Position numbers and translations under genes: made by a program. 64,000 bases of DNA from Stenotrophomonas sp. (GTDB taxonomy: Bacteria > Pseudomonadota > Gammaproteobacteria > Xanthomonadales > Xanthomonadaceae), in contig NZ_DASQCB010000019.1 of the NCBI RefSeq assembly GCF_035634915.1, positions 67,668 through 131,667 of the forward strand, written 5' to 3'. The notes below the pieces were generated by a model. It searched no databases and was not told the origin of the DNA. It saw only the letters and a list, made by a program, of their open reading frames with translations. Positions 36,135 through 46,268 of this stretch are shown one piece after another (position 1 is the stretch's first letter; each line of letters opens with the position of its first letter).

Positions 36135-38996
36135 TTGTCCACGCAAGCCGACCGTGTGCCACTGCTGTCACCCCACGAGGCCGTCCTGAGCACGGCGCTG
36201 GTGCGCGCATTGCATGCGCTGTTGCCGGAAACCGCGATCGTGCGGGTGGGCTGGAACGACCCGCAGCTTGGCCGCGGCCAGGATGCCTGGCCGCAGGACG
36301 CTGCTGCGTCCGACAGGCCGGCGGCGGAAGACGGGCTCGACTGGGACCATACGGTATGGGAGCACGCGGCCTGGGAGCACGACGGGGCCCAGCTGTCGCT
36401 GCGCGTGCGCGGGGCATCGCCTTCGGAAGCCTGGTGGGGCGTGTCGCGGCAGGCGATGGAACTGGCCCTGCAGCGCGGCCGCCAGGCCGGGCAGATCCGC
36501 GCACTGGAACAGGCTGAACGCCTTCAGCAGGCGCTGTTCCAGATTGCCGATCTGGCCGGCGCCGACCTGGAGATGGGCGAGATGCTGCGCCACGTGCACG
36601 GCGTGCTGGGTTCGCTGATGTACGCGGAGAACTGCTACATCGTCGAGTACGACGATGTGCGCGACCAGATGCGGTTCCTGTATTTCGCCGACCAGGTGGA
36701 TGACTTCGTGGCTGACCCTTCGGTGAGTTACGACGCCGGGCAGATGCCACGCAGCCTGACCGTGGCGCTGCTGCGCCACGGCAAGCCACTCAGCGGCCCA
36801 TCGCGCGAACTGCTGGCCGATGCCGAAGACGAGCACGACCCTGAGCGCGGCCCGGAAAGCCTTGATTGGCTGGGTGTGCCGATGCTGCGCGATGGCCGCG
36901 TGTGTGGCGCCATCGTGGTGCAGAGTTACCAGCAGGCCTCGCTGTATGGCGAGGCCGAGCGCGCGCTGCTGGGGTTTGTCGCCCAGCACGTGCAGACCGC
37001 GATGGACCGGCGCCAGGCACAGGTGCGGCTGGAACAGCAGGTGGAACGGCGCACCCTGGAACTGCAGCGTGCCAACCGCAGCCTGCAGGACGAGGTGGCC
37101 GAGCGCCGCCGCGCCGAACAGCTGCAGACCGCCCTGTACAACATCGCCGAAATGGCGATGTCGGCCGACAGCCTGGCCCAGTTCTACGGCCAGGTGCACG
37201 GCGTGGTGGGACGCCTGCTGGACGCGCGCAATTTCTACATCGCCCTGGTCACCGCGCAGGGCGATGGCCTGGATTTCGTCTACTCGGTGGACGAACACAA
37301 TGCCTCGCGCGCGCCGCGTGCGTTCAGCCGTGGCCTGACCGAATACGTGGTACGCCACCGGCGCCCGCTGCTGGCCTCGCGGGCACAGATCGATGCACTG
37401 CTGGCCACCGGCGAAGTGCGTGAGTCGGGCGTGCGTTCGCACTGCTGGCTGGGCGTGCCGCTGCTGCGCGATGACGAGGTGGTGGGCGCGATCGTGGTGC
37501 AGAGCTACACCGATCAGATCGCTTTCAGCGTGCATGACCAGCGGCTGCTGACCTTCGTGGCGCAGAACATCGGCACTGGCCTGGCCCGCCAGCGCGACCA
37601 GCAGCAGCTGCGTTCGGCCCATGCCGAGCTGGAAAAGCGCGTGGAAGAGCGCACCCGCGAGCTGGCCGAGGTCAATGACAAGCTGCTGGGCCAGATCGCC
37701 GAGCGCCTGCGCGCCGAACAGCGGTTGACCCACCAGGCCATGCACGATGCGCTGACCGGCCTGCCCAACCGCCTGCACCTGCTCGACCGCCTGGAGGACG
37801 CGCTGGCGCTGGCCCGCCGCGAGGGCGGCCCGGAGTTCGCGGTGCTGTTCCTGGACCTGGACCGCTTCAAGCTGGTCAATGACAGCATCGGCCACGCCGC
37901 TGGCGACCGCATGCTGGTGGAAGTGGCCAAGCGCATCGTCTCGATGGCCGGTGATGGCGACGTGGTGGCGCGACTGGGCGGTGATGAATTCGCCATCCTG
38001 CTGGAATGTCCGCAGGGTTTGGCCCAGGCGCTGGATTTCGGCCAGCGCCTGCTGCTGGCCCTGCAGGAATCGATGTGGATTGCCGGGCGCGAGCTGTTCC
38101 CTTCGGGCAGCCTCGGCATCGCCCTGTGGAACACGCACTACCGCACCGGCGAAGAGCTGCTGCGCGACGCCGATGCGGCCATGTACCGGGCCAAGGCCCA
38201 GGGCCATGACCGCTGCGCGATCTTCGACGAGGACATGCGCGAGCAGGCCATGCGCAGCCTGGACCTGGAAGCGGACCTGCGCCGGGCGATCAACAACCGT
38301 GATTTCGTGCCGTTCTACCAGCCCATCGTGCGCCTGTCCGATGGCGAAGTAGTCGGCCACGAGGCGTTGCTGCGCTGGCAGCACGAGCGCCGCGGCCTGC
38401 TGCTGCCCGGCGCCTTCCTGGAACTGGGCGAGGAGAGTGGCCTGATCGAACAGGTCGACTGGCTCATCTACGAGCAGGTCATCGCCGGCCTGGCCGATGG
38501 TGGCCGCGGCTATGTGTCGGTGAACGTGTCACCGCGGCATTTCCGTTCAGCCGATTTCAGTGCACGCCTGTTCGGCCTGCTGGAAGCCAACGATGCCGAT
38601 CCGCAACGCCTGCGCCTGGAAATCACCGAGGTGGCGCTGCTGGACGATGGCCCGCATACGCTGCGCATCCTCAAGGGCCTGCGCGAGCGCGGCATCCAGG
38701 TACAGCTGGATGACTTCGGTACCGGCTTCTCGGCGCTGTCCTACCTGCACCGGTTCCCGATCAGCACCCTGAAGATCGACCAGAGCTTCATCGCCGGGCT
38801 GCACGGGCCGGAGGCACAGAGCACGCGTGCGCTGGTGGAGGGCGTGCTGTCGCTGGCGCGCACCCTGGGCATCGAAACCATCGGTGAGGGCATCGAGACC
38901 GAAGCCCAACGCCAGAGCTTGTTCGAGCTGGGCTGCGACTACGGCCAGGGCTACCTGCTGGGGCGGCCGGCACCGTGGACGCGCGCGGTGGCCTGA
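36135..38996 (+). CDS. GAF-GAF-GGDEF-EAL signalling protein (diguanylate cyclase/phosphodiesterase)
   Basis: Two GAF-like regions (LGVPMLRDGRVCGAIVVQSY, LGVPLLRDDEVVGAIVVQSY). Canonical RLGGDEFAIL, then EALLRW, DDFGTG and KIDQSFI. TTG start is tentative. Confidence 0.85.
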   Translation: MSTQADRVPLLSPHEAVLSTALVRALHALLPETAIVRVGWNDPQLGRGQDAWPQDAAASDRPAAEDGLDWDHTVWEHAAWEHDGAQLSLRVRGASPSEAWWGVSRQAMELALQRGRQAGQIRALEQAERLQQALFQIADLAGADLEMGEMLRHVHGVLGSLMYAENCYIVEYDDVRDQMRFLYFADQVDDFVADPSVSYDAGQMPRSLTVALLRHGKPLSGPSRELLADAEDEHDPERGPESLDWLGVPMLRDGRVCGAIVVQSYQQASLYGEAERALLGFVAQHVQTAMDRRQAQVRLEQQVERRTLELQRANRSLQDEVAERRRAEQLQTALYNIAEMAMSADSLAQFYGQVHGVVGRLLDARNFYIALVTAQGDGLDFVYSVDEHNASRAPRAFSRGLTEYVVRHRRPLLASRAQIDALLATGEVRESGVRSHCWLGVPLLRDDEVVGAIVVQSYTDQIAFSVHDQRLLTFVAQNIGTGLARQRDQQQLRSAHAELEKRVEERTRELAEVNDKLLGQIAERLRAEQRLTHQAMHDALTGLPNRLHLLDRLEDALALARREGGPEFAVLFLDLDRFKLVNDSIGHAAGDRMLVEVAKRIVSMAGDGDVVARLGGDEFAILLECPQGLAQALDFGQRLLLALQESMWIAGRELFPSGSLGIALWNTHYRTGEELLRDADAAMYRAKAQGHDRCAIFDEDMREQAMRSLDLEADLRRAINNRDFVPFYQPIVRLSDGEVVGHEALLRWQHERRGLLLPGAFLELGEESGLIEQVDWLIYEQVIAGLADGGRGYVSVNVSPRHFRSADFSARLFGLLEANDADPQRLRLEITEVALLDDGPHTLRILKGLRERGIQVQLDDFGTGFSALSYLHRFPISTLKIDQSFIAGLHGPEAQSTRALVEGVLSLARTLGIETIGEGIETEAQRQSLFELGCDYGQGYLLGRPAPWTRAVA

Positions 38997-39015
38997 GCCA
39001 CCACGCGCGCGGGCA

Positions 39016-39609
39016 TCAACGCAGCGCGGCGCGGCGCTTCTCGTCAATCCACTTGGAGGCCTGGGCTGGCTCGTACGCCTGCATCCACGCCAGCATTTCA
39101 TCGATGTCCGAGCCGTACCACAGGTCCTGGCGCTGTTCCGGGTGCAGGAAGCGCTCTTCCACCATGCGGTCGATCATGCCGATCAGCGGGGCGTAGAAGC
39201 CGTCCACGTCGAGGAACGCGCAGGGCTTGTTGCCGATGCCGAGCTGGCGCCAGGTGAGCATCTCGAAGATCTCTTCCATGGTGCCGAAGCCGCCGGGCAG
39301 GGCGACGAAGCCGTCGGACAGGTCGAACATGCGCGACTTGCGCTCATGCATCGAACCGACGATTTCCAGTTCGGTGAGGCCGCGGTGGGCCACTTCCCAG
39401 TCGGCCAGCTGGCGCGGGATGACGCCGGTCACTTCACCGCCGGCGGCGAGCACGGCATTGGCAACGGTGCCCATCAGGCCGACGTTGCCGCCGCCGTACA
39501 CCAGGCGCATGCCGTCACGGGCGATGCGATCGCCCAGCGCCATGGCGCGTTCGGTGTAGACCGGCTTGCTGCCAGCGTTGGAGCCACAGTAGACACAGAG
39601 GGACTTCAT
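39016..39609 (-). CDS. LOG family protein (TIGR00730, nucleotide 5'-monophosphate nucleosidase)
   Basis: MKSLCVYCGSNAGS..., GGGNVGLMG and PGGFGTMEE motifs. Start moved to Met17. Confidence 0.85.
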   Translation of the reverse strand: MKSLCVYCGSNAGSKPVYTERAMALGDRIARDGMRLVYGGGNVGLMGTVANAVLAAGGEVTGVIPRQLADWEVAHRGLTELEIVGSMHERKSRMFDLSDGFVALPGGFGTMEEIFEMLTWRQLGIGNKPCAFLDVDGFYAPLIGMIDRMVEERFLHPEQRQDLWYGSDIDEMLAWMQAYEPAQASKWIDEKRRAALR

Positions 39610-39635
39610 GGGGGATTCCTGTCTCTTGGTACGGA

Positions 39636-39681
39636 AACGAAAACGCCCCGCCGGCAACCGGGTCAGCGGTCGCGGGCGGGG
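39636..39681 (-). terminator. candidate terminator after the aminotransferase gene
   Basis: On the minus strand: CCCCGCC...GGCGGGG followed by CGTTTTCGTTT. Confidence 0.4.
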
Positions 39682-39711
39682 TGTTGGTGGATTATGACGC
39701 GTTGGCGCGGG

Positions 39712-41208
39712 TTACGCGGCGGCGGCCTGCTCACGGCGCGGGCCTTCACGCAGGGCGCGGCCGACCAGGCCCACCAGCAGGTCCAGCTCTTCGCTGTCCA
39801 TGCCGAAGTGCGGGGTGAAGCGCAGCGAGTTCTCGCCACCGTGGATCACGTTGATGCCGTGCCGGCGCAGCCATTCCTCGGTCGAGCCGGCGCCATAGCA
39901 CTTGAACTGCGGGGCCAGCTCGCAGGAGAACAGCAGGCCGGTGCCCTGCACCTTGGTGATCAGCCCACCCAGCTCGCTTTTCAGCTGTTCCAGCTTGCGC
40001 ACGGCCTCGGCGCCGCGTTCGGCGATGTTGGCGCGCACCTGCGGGGTCAGCTGGGCCAGGGTGGCACAGGCCACGTCAAGCGCCCGCGGGTTGCTGGTCA
40101 TGGTGTTGCCGTAGATGCCCTTGCGGTACAGCTGCGCGGCATGCTCGGTCACCGCCAGCACCGACAGCGGGTACTGCGCGGCATTGAGCGCCTTGGAATA
40201 GGTTTCCATGTCCGGCGGGTCCAGGCCTTCGAAGCCCGGGTAATCCACCACCGACAGCACGCCGTGGGCGCGCAGGCCGGCCTGGATCGAATCGAGCAGC
40301 AGCAGGCTGCCGTGGGCGCGGGTCAGTTCGCGGGCCACCGCGTAGAACGCCGGCGGCACCGAACGGCCCGGGTCACCTTCGCCCATCACCGGCTCCAGGA
40401 ACACCGCTTCGATGAACCACTGGTGGCGCTCGGCATCCTCGAACACCTTGCGCAGGCCGGCCTCGTCGTACGGCGCGACGGTAATCACCGAGTCCTCGCC
40501 ACGGTAGCTGGCCAGGTGCTGCTGGTAGCTCTTGCGGCTGGAATCGGAATACAGCGCCGGGCGATCGGTGCGGCCGTGGAAGCTGCCCTTGATGACCACG
40601 CGCTTGATGGCGGCACTGGCATGGCGCGCGCCCAGGTCGGTCTGCAGCTTGGCGTTGACGTCGGCGATGCGTGCGGCGAGGCCGACCGCTTCGGAGCCGG
40701 AGTTCAGGCACATGAAGCGGGCGAACGGGCAGCCGCCGCGGCGGTGGCCGATTTCCTTGCGCAGGGCGCTGATGAAGCGCTGCTGCGACAGGCTCGGGGT
40801 CATGATGTTGGCCATCACCTGCGGGCGAGACATCGCTTCGAGCACCGCATCAGGGGTGTGGCCGAAGCCGAGCATGCCGTAGCCGCCCGCGTCGTACAGC
40901 ACCGCACCCTTCAGGGTGACCACCCACGGGCCGCGCGCAGCCAGCGCCACGTACGGGGTCACCGCGTCATCGGCATAGAAATTGACGAAGCCGTCCTGCA
41001 TCGCATCGATCTGCGCCTGCTCGTCCTGCGCCAGCAGCGGCCCCAGTTCCTGCTGCACGCGCGCGAATTCAGCGGCGGCGGCGTCCACAGCGGCAACCAG
41101 CTGCGGGTGGCGGGCGGACAGTGCGGTCAGGGTGGCGTCGTCCAGGCCGCTGGTGAGGCGGTTGCCGGGCTGGGCGCGGAGGGGGGCGAGGCGTTCGATG
41201 AAGCTCAT
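39712..41208 (-). CDS. class III (acetylornithine/GABA-type) PLP-dependent aminotransferase family protein
   Basis: MCLNSGSEAVGLAARI, KGSFHGRT and LLLLDSIQAG motifs. Start moved to Met21 (MSFIERL). Confidence 0.8.
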   Translation of the reverse strand: MSFIERLAPLRAQPGNRLTSGLDDATLTALSARHPQLVAAVDAAAAEFARVQQELGPLLAQDEQAQIDAMQDGFVNFYADDAVTPYVALAARGPWVVTLKGAVLYDAGGYGMLGFGHTPDAVLEAMSRPQVMANIMTPSLSQQRFISALRKEIGHRRGGCPFARFMCLNSGSEAVGLAARIADVNAKLQTDLGARHASAAIKRVVIKGSFHGRTDRPALYSDSSRKSYQQHLASYRGEDSVITVAPYDEAGLRKVFEDAERHQWFIEAVFLEPVMGEGDPGRSVPPAFYAVARELTRAHGSLLLLDSIQAGLRAHGVLSVVDYPGFEGLDPPDMETYSKALNAAQYPLSVLAVTEHAAQLYRKGIYGNTMTSNPRALDVACATLAQLTPQVRANIAERGAEAVRKLEQLKSELGGLITKVQGTGLLFSCELAPQFKCYGAGSTEEWLRRHGINVIHGGENSLRFTPHFGMDSEELDLLVGLVGRALREGPRREQAAAA

Positions 41209-41420
41209 TGCAGATCTCCTGAAACGATGGGTCGCACGGGCCTTCAAAAGCAAAACGCGCGTCATCACGCGCGCTTCGGGGGCGGACTCGTGCTGCGGAC
41301 TTCCTTCCCGATGCTAGCACTTGTTTTTTTGCGCGATAACCCCGCAGAAACCTGCTGCATAGCAGCATATTGCCCGACGTTCGGTACGAAGCGCGCCGGC
41401 TCGCAGGCGCTGGACGTACA

Positions 41421-42488
41421 ATGCGCGCCATTGTCGACCTGTTGCCGATCACTGCCTTGAAGAAGTCCGATTTCCACTACGACCTGCCGGCCGAACTGAT
41501 TGCGCAGGCGCCCCTGGCCGAACGCTCGGCCAGCCGATTGATGCTGGTGCCGCCGGCGCCGGCCGCCTTCAGCGACGTGCAGGTCCGCGACCTGCCTTCG
41601 CTGCTGCAGCCGGGTGACCTGATGGTATTCAACGACACCCGGGTGATCCCGGCGCGTCTGTTCGGGCAGAAGGCCAGCGGCGGCCGCGTCGAGATCCTGA
41701 TCGAGCGGCTGCTGGGTGGCCAGCAGGCGCGTGCCCAGGTCGGTGCCAGCAAGTCGCCCAAGGCGGGCAGCCGCATCGCCCTGGATGCCGGTGGCGAGGC
41801 CGAGGTGCTGGGCCGCGATGGCGAGTTCTACGTGCTGCAGTTCCACGTGCCCGAATCGCTGGAACAGTGGCTGCTGCACGCCGGCCGCCTGCCGCTGCCG
41901 CCGTACATCCAGCGCGAGCCGGGCATGGACGACCGCGAGCGCTACCAGACCGTATTCGCCCGCGAAGTGGGCGCGGTGGCCGCACCGACCGCCGGCCTGC
42001 ATTTCGATGAGCCGCTGCTGGCGGCGCTGAAGGCCAAAGGTGTCGATTTCGGCCACGTCACCCTGCACGTCGGTGCGGGTACCTTCCAGCCGGTGCGCGC
42101 CGATGACCTGAAGGACCACGTGATGCACCGCGAGTGGCTGAACGTGGGTGCCGAACTGGTGCAGCAGGTGCGCCGTACCCGTGAAGCCGGCGGCCGGGTG
42201 ATCGGCGTGGGCACCACCGTGGTGCGCGCGCTGGAAAGCGCGATGCGCGATGGCGAACTGCTGCCGTTTGCCGGCGAGACGCAGATCTTCATTACCCCCG
42301 GCTACCGTATCCGCAGCGTCGACGCGATGGTGACCAACTTCCACCTGCCGGAAAGCACGCTGCTGATGATGATCTCCGCGTTCGCCGGCAAGGACCGCGT
42401 GTTCGAGGCTTACCAGCACGCGATCGAGCAGCGCTACCGCTTCTTCAGCTACGGCGACGCGATGCTGCTGTTCCCGCAGGCGGGCTGA
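41421..42488 (+). CDS. queA: S-adenosylmethionine:tRNA ribosyltransferase-isomerase
   Basis: KKSDFHYDLPAELIAQAP...PLPPYI...TAGLHF...GTTVVRALES, typical QueA. An alternative TTG start lies at 41457. Confidence 0.92.
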   Translation: MRAIVDLLPITALKKSDFHYDLPAELIAQAPLAERSASRLMLVPPAPAAFSDVQVRDLPSLLQPGDLMVFNDTRVIPARLFGQKASGGRVEILIERLLGGQQARAQVGASKSPKAGSRIALDAGGEAEVLGRDGEFYVLQFHVPESLEQWLLHAGRLPLPPYIQREPGMDDRERYQTVFAREVGAVAAPTAGLHFDEPLLAALKAKGVDFGHVTLHVGAGTFQPVRADDLKDHVMHREWLNVGAELVQQVRRTREAGGRVIGVGTTVVRALESAMRDGELLPFAGETQIFITPGYRIRSVDAMVTNFHLPESTLLMMISAFAGKDRVFEAYQHAIEQRYRFFSYGDAMLLFPQAG

Positions 42489-42492
42489 CGCC

Positions 42493-42680
42493 CGGTAGGT
42501 GCGCACCTTGGTGCGCACGCGGGGGTGCCTGCCGGCCAGGAAGGCCACGCATGGCGTGGCTCTACTGCCCCAGGTAGGTGCGCACCTTGGTGCGCACGCG
42601 GCGGTGCCTGTCGGCCAGGAAGGCCACGCATGGCGTGGCTCTACTGCCCCAGGTAGGTGCGCACCTTGGTGCGCACGCCC
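42493..42680. repeat. 79-bp tandem repeat (about 2.4 copies) built from two SMAG types
   Basis: GGTAGGTGCGCACCTTGGTGCGCAC starts at 42493, 42572 and 42651. It is interleaved with GGCCACGCATGGCGTGGCTCTAC. Confidence 0.85.
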
Positions 42681-42723
42681 TGATGGGAGACAATAGGCAA
42701 CTATTTGCCTGAACGACCGCTCC

Positions 42724-43854
42724 ATGTCCCGATTGCAGTTCCAGCTCCAGACCCGCGACGGCCGTGCCCGCCGTGGCCGCCTGACCTTCCCGCGTGGCAC
42801 GGTGGAAACGCCTGCTTTCATGCCGGTGGGAACCTACGGCTCGGTCAAGGGCATCCTGCCGGACCAGGTGCGTGCGCTGGGCGCCGAGATCATCCTCGGC
42901 AACACCTTCCACCTGTACCTGCGGCCGGGCCTGGACATCATCGCCGACCATGGCGGCCTGCATGGCTTCTGCCAGTGGGACGGGCCGATCCTGACCGACT
43001 CCGGCGGTTTCCAGGTGTTCTCGCTGGCCCACCGCCGCAAGATCACCGAGCAGGGCGTGACCTTCGCCTCGCCCACCGACGGTGCCCGCGTGTTCCTGGG
43101 CCCGGAAGAGAGCATGAAGATCCAGAAAGTGCTCGATTCGGACGTGGTGATGATCTTCGACGAGTGCACCCCGTACCCGGCCACCGAGGACGTCGCCCGC
43201 CGTTCGATGGAGCTGAGCCTGCGCTGGGCGCAGCGCAGCCGCAATGCGCATGATGAACTGGGCAATGACGCGGCCCTGTTCGGTATCGTCCAGGGCGGCG
43301 TGCACACCGACCTGCGCAGCCGCTCGGCCGAGGCCCTGCAGGCCATCGGCTTTGACGGTTACGCCATCGGCGGCCTCGCCGTGGGCGAGCCGGAGCACGA
43401 GCGCAATGCCATGCTCGACCACCTGGACCCGGAGCTGCCGGGCGACCGCCCGCGCTACCTGATGGGCGTGGGCCGGCCGGAAGACCTGGTCGAGGGTGTC
43501 GCCCGTGGCGTGGACATGTTCGATTGCGTGATGCCGACCCGAAACGCCCGCAACGGCCACTATTTCACCTCGTTCGGCACCGTACGCATCCGCAACTCGC
43601 AGTATGCGCGCGATATGGACCCGATCGAGCCGGGCTGCGGCTGCGTGGCCTGCAGCGGCGGCTACACCCGCTCTTACCTGCGCCATCTGGACCGCTGCAA
43701 CGAGATGCTGGCGCCCATGCTGGGCACCCTGCACAACCTCTTCTATTACGAAAAACTGATGGCCGACATCCGCGCGGCCATCGAAGCGGGAACCTTCCAG
43801 GCCTTCCGCGAGTCCTTCTATGCAGCACGCGGGGCGGTCGCACCGCCCCTGTAA
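42724..43854 (+). CDS. tgt: tRNA-guanine transglycosylase
   Basis: [20 protein letters not shown]...DSGGFQV...CxCxxC...H zinc site (CGCVACSG). Confidence 0.95.
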   Translation: MSRLQFQLQTRDGRARRGRLTFPRGTVETPAFMPVGTYGSVKGILPDQVRALGAEIILGNTFHLYLRPGLDIIADHGGLHGFCQWDGPILTDSGGFQVFSLAHRRKITEQGVTFASPTDGARVFLGPEESMKIQKVLDSDVVMIFDECTPYPATEDVARRSMELSLRWAQRSRNAHDELGNDAALFGIVQGGVHTDLRSRSAEALQAIGFDGYAIGGLAVGEPEHERNAMLDHLDPELPGDRPRYLMGVGRPEDLVEGVARGVDMFDCVMPTRNARNGHYFTSFGTVRIRNSQYARDMDPIEPGCGCVACSGGYTRSYLRHLDRCNEMLAPMLGTLHNLFYYEKLMADIRAAIEAGTFQAFRESFYAARGAVAPPL

Positions 43855-43989
43855 CCCCCGCAGCACCCCTGCCGAACGGCCCAAGGACGAACGTCCGGGG
43901 CCGTGGCATACTTCAAGGCTGACCCAGATCCGCGGTCGACACCCCCGCCCGTGAACGGACGGGAGCGCCGCCCAACCAAAGGACCAACG

Positions 43990-44334
43990 ATGAACCTGCT
44001 TGCTTTCCTGATTCCCGCCGCCCACGCCCAGGCCGCCGGCGGCCAACCGCAGGGCATGGGCCTGACCACGCTGCTGTTCCCCATCATCCTGATCGCCATC
44101 ATGTACTTCCTGATGATCCGCCCGCAGATGAAGCGGCAGAAGGAGCACAAGGCCATGCTGGAGAAGATCAAGCGTGGTGACGAAGTGCTGACCAATGGCG
44201 GCATCGCCGGCGTGGTCACCGACATCGGCGACAACTTCATCACCATCGAAGTGGCTGACAACGTGCGCATCCGCGTGCAGAAGGGCGCTGTCGGCAACGT
44301 GCTGCCGGCCGGTACCCTGAAGTCGGCCCAGTAA
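43990..44334 (+). CDS. yajC: preprotein translocase subunit YajC
   Basis: MNLLAFLIP...FPIILIAIMYFLMIRPQMKRQKEH... Start moved to Met30 of ORF 43903..44334. Confidence 0.9.
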   Translation: MNLLAFLIPAAHAQAAGGQPQGMGLTTLLFPIILIAIMYFLMIRPQMKRQKEHKAMLEKIKRGDEVLTNGGIAGVVTDIGDNFITIEVADNVRIRVQKGAVGNVLPAGTLKSAQ

Positions 44335-44395
44335 GCCACTCCCTTTCCGATGCACAACCGCGGCGCCGGGGATGGCGCCGCGCGGGACCCAAGCA

Positions 44396-46252
44396 ATGCT
44401 CGAATTTCCACGCTGGAAGTACGTCGTCATCCTGATCGTACTGGCGCTCAGTACCCTGTACGCGCTGCCCAACATCTACCAGAAGGACCCGGCCGTCCAG
44501 ATCACCGCCAACCGTGGCGGAACGGTCGACGACGCGCTGCGCGACCGTGTGCTGGCCGACCTGAAGAAGGCCGGTATCAGCCCGATCGGCGCCGAAAAGG
44601 AAGGGGAAAGCCTGATCGTCCGCCTGCCGGACCTGAAGGCCCAATCCGCGGCCAGCGATTCGCTGCGTGACACCGTCGGCGAGAACTACACGGTGGCCCT
44701 GAACCTGGCCTCGACCGTGCCGGACTGGCTGGCCAAGCTGGGCGGCCGCCCGATGGTGCTGGGCCTGGACCTGCAGGGTGGCGTGCACTTCGTGCTGCAG
44801 GTCGACCAGAAGGCCGCGCTGGACAAGCGCCTGGACGCCTACACCGAAGACGTGCGCAGCACCCTGCGTGACGCGCGCATTCCGTACCAGTCGGTCGAAC
44901 GCCGCGCTGACAACACCATCGTGGCCAACCTGAGCCCGTCGGCCGGTGACGATGCCGCTGCCAACGCCCGCACGGCGCTGGTCAAGTCGCAGCCGACCCT
45001 GGGTTACGACGTCAGTGGCAGCCGCATCACGGTGACCATCCCGGACACCGAGATCTCGCAGATCGCCAACGGCGCCATCGAGCAGAACATCAACACCCTG
45101 CGCAATCGCGTGAACCAGCTCGGCGTGGCCGAGCCGATCATCCAGCGCCAGGGTGCCGACCGCGTGGTGGTGCAGCTGCCGGGTGTGCAGGACACCGCCG
45201 AAGCCAAGCGCATGATCGGCGCCACCGCCACCCTGGAATACCGCGCGGTGGTCGAAGGCAATGCGCAGGACGCGATCACCTCCGGGCGCATCCCGCCGGA
45301 AGCCAAGGTCTACCAGCAGCGTGATGGCCGCGGCCCGATCCTGCTGAACAAACGCGTGATCGTCACCGGCGACCAGATGGTCGGCGCACAGGCGGTGACC
45401 GACACCAACAGCGGTGCCCCGGCGGTCAGCGTGACGCTGAACAACGTCGGCGGCCAGCGCATGTTCGACTTCACCAGCGCCAACGTGAACAAGCCGATGG
45501 CCGTGGTGTACACCGAGCGCGTGCCGACCGTGACCATGGTGGATGGCCAGGAAGTGCGTGGCTTCAAGGTCAACGAGGAAGTGATCTCGGTGGCCAACAT
45601 CAACGGTGTGTTCGGCAAGAACTTCCAGACCACCGGTCTGCAGAAGAAGGAAGCCGAGGACCTGGCCAAGCTGCTGAAGTCGGGTTCGCTGGCTGCGCCG
45701 ATGGACTTCGTGGAAGAGCGCGTGGTCGGCCCGAGCCTGGGTGCGGAGAACGTCAAGAACGGTATCACCGCAGTGGTCTACGCGTTCCTGTTCACCCTGG
45801 TGTTCTTCAGCATCTACTACCGCATGTTCGGTGTGATCACCTCGGTCGCGATGCTGTTCAACCTGTTGATCGTGGTGTCGGTGATGTCGCTGTTCGGCGC
45901 GACGATGACCCTGCCGGGCTTTGCCGGCCTGGCGTTGTCGGTCGGCCTGTCGGTGGACGCCAACGTGCTGATCAACGAGCGTATCCGTGAAGAACTGCGT
46001 GCCGGCGTGCCGGGCAAGACCGCGATCGTGACCGGTTATGACCGCGCTTCGGGCACCATCCTCGACGCCAACCTGACCGGCCTGATCGTCGGCGTGGCCC
46101 TGTTTGCCTTCGGCACGGGCCCGCTGAAGGGCTTCGCCCTGACCATGATCATCGGTATTTTCGCTTCCATGTTCACTGCGATCACCGTGTCGCGTGCGCT
46201 GGCGACGCTGATCTACGGCCGTCGCAAGAAGCTCCAGAACGTGGCCATCTGA
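44396..46252 (+). CDS. secD: protein translocase subunit SecD
   Basis: MLEFPRWKYVVILIVLAL..., a large periplasmic domain and a C-terminal 5-TM block. Lies in the yajC-secD-secF order. Confidence 0.95.
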   Translation: MLEFPRWKYVVILIVLALSTLYALPNIYQKDPAVQITANRGGTVDDALRDRVLADLKKAGISPIGAEKEGESLIVRLPDLKAQSAASDSLRDTVGENYTVALNLASTVPDWLAKLGGRPMVLGLDLQGGVHFVLQVDQKAALDKRLDAYTEDVRSTLRDARIPYQSVERRADNTIVANLSPSAGDDAAANARTALVKSQPTLGYDVSGSRITVTIPDTEISQIANGAIEQNINTLRNRVNQLGVAEPIIQRQGADRVVVQLPGVQDTAEAKRMIGATATLEYRAVVEGNAQDAITSGRIPPEAKVYQQRDGRGPILLNKRVIVTGDQMVGAQAVTDTNSGAPAVSVTLNNVGGQRMFDFTSANVNKPMAVVYTERVPTVTMVDGQEVRGFKVNEEVISVANINGVFGKNFQTTGLQKKEAEDLAKLLKSGSLAAPMDFVEERVVGPSLGAENVKNGITAVVYAFLFTLVFFSIYYRMFGVITSVAMLFNLLIVVSVMSLFGATMTLPGFAGLALSVGLSVDANVLINERIREELRAGVPGKTAIVTGYDRASGTILDANLTGLIVGVALFAFGTGPLKGFALTMIIGIFASMFTAITVSRALATLIYGRRKKLQNVAI

Positions 46253-46268
46253 CGGGACGACACGCACA

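Noticed and set aside
41358-41372. The palindrome TGCTGCATAGCAGCA in the queA/aminotransferase divergent region, considered as an operator.
   Set aside because: It is a single short palindrome with no second copy in the window and no regulator nearby. The evidence is insufficient.
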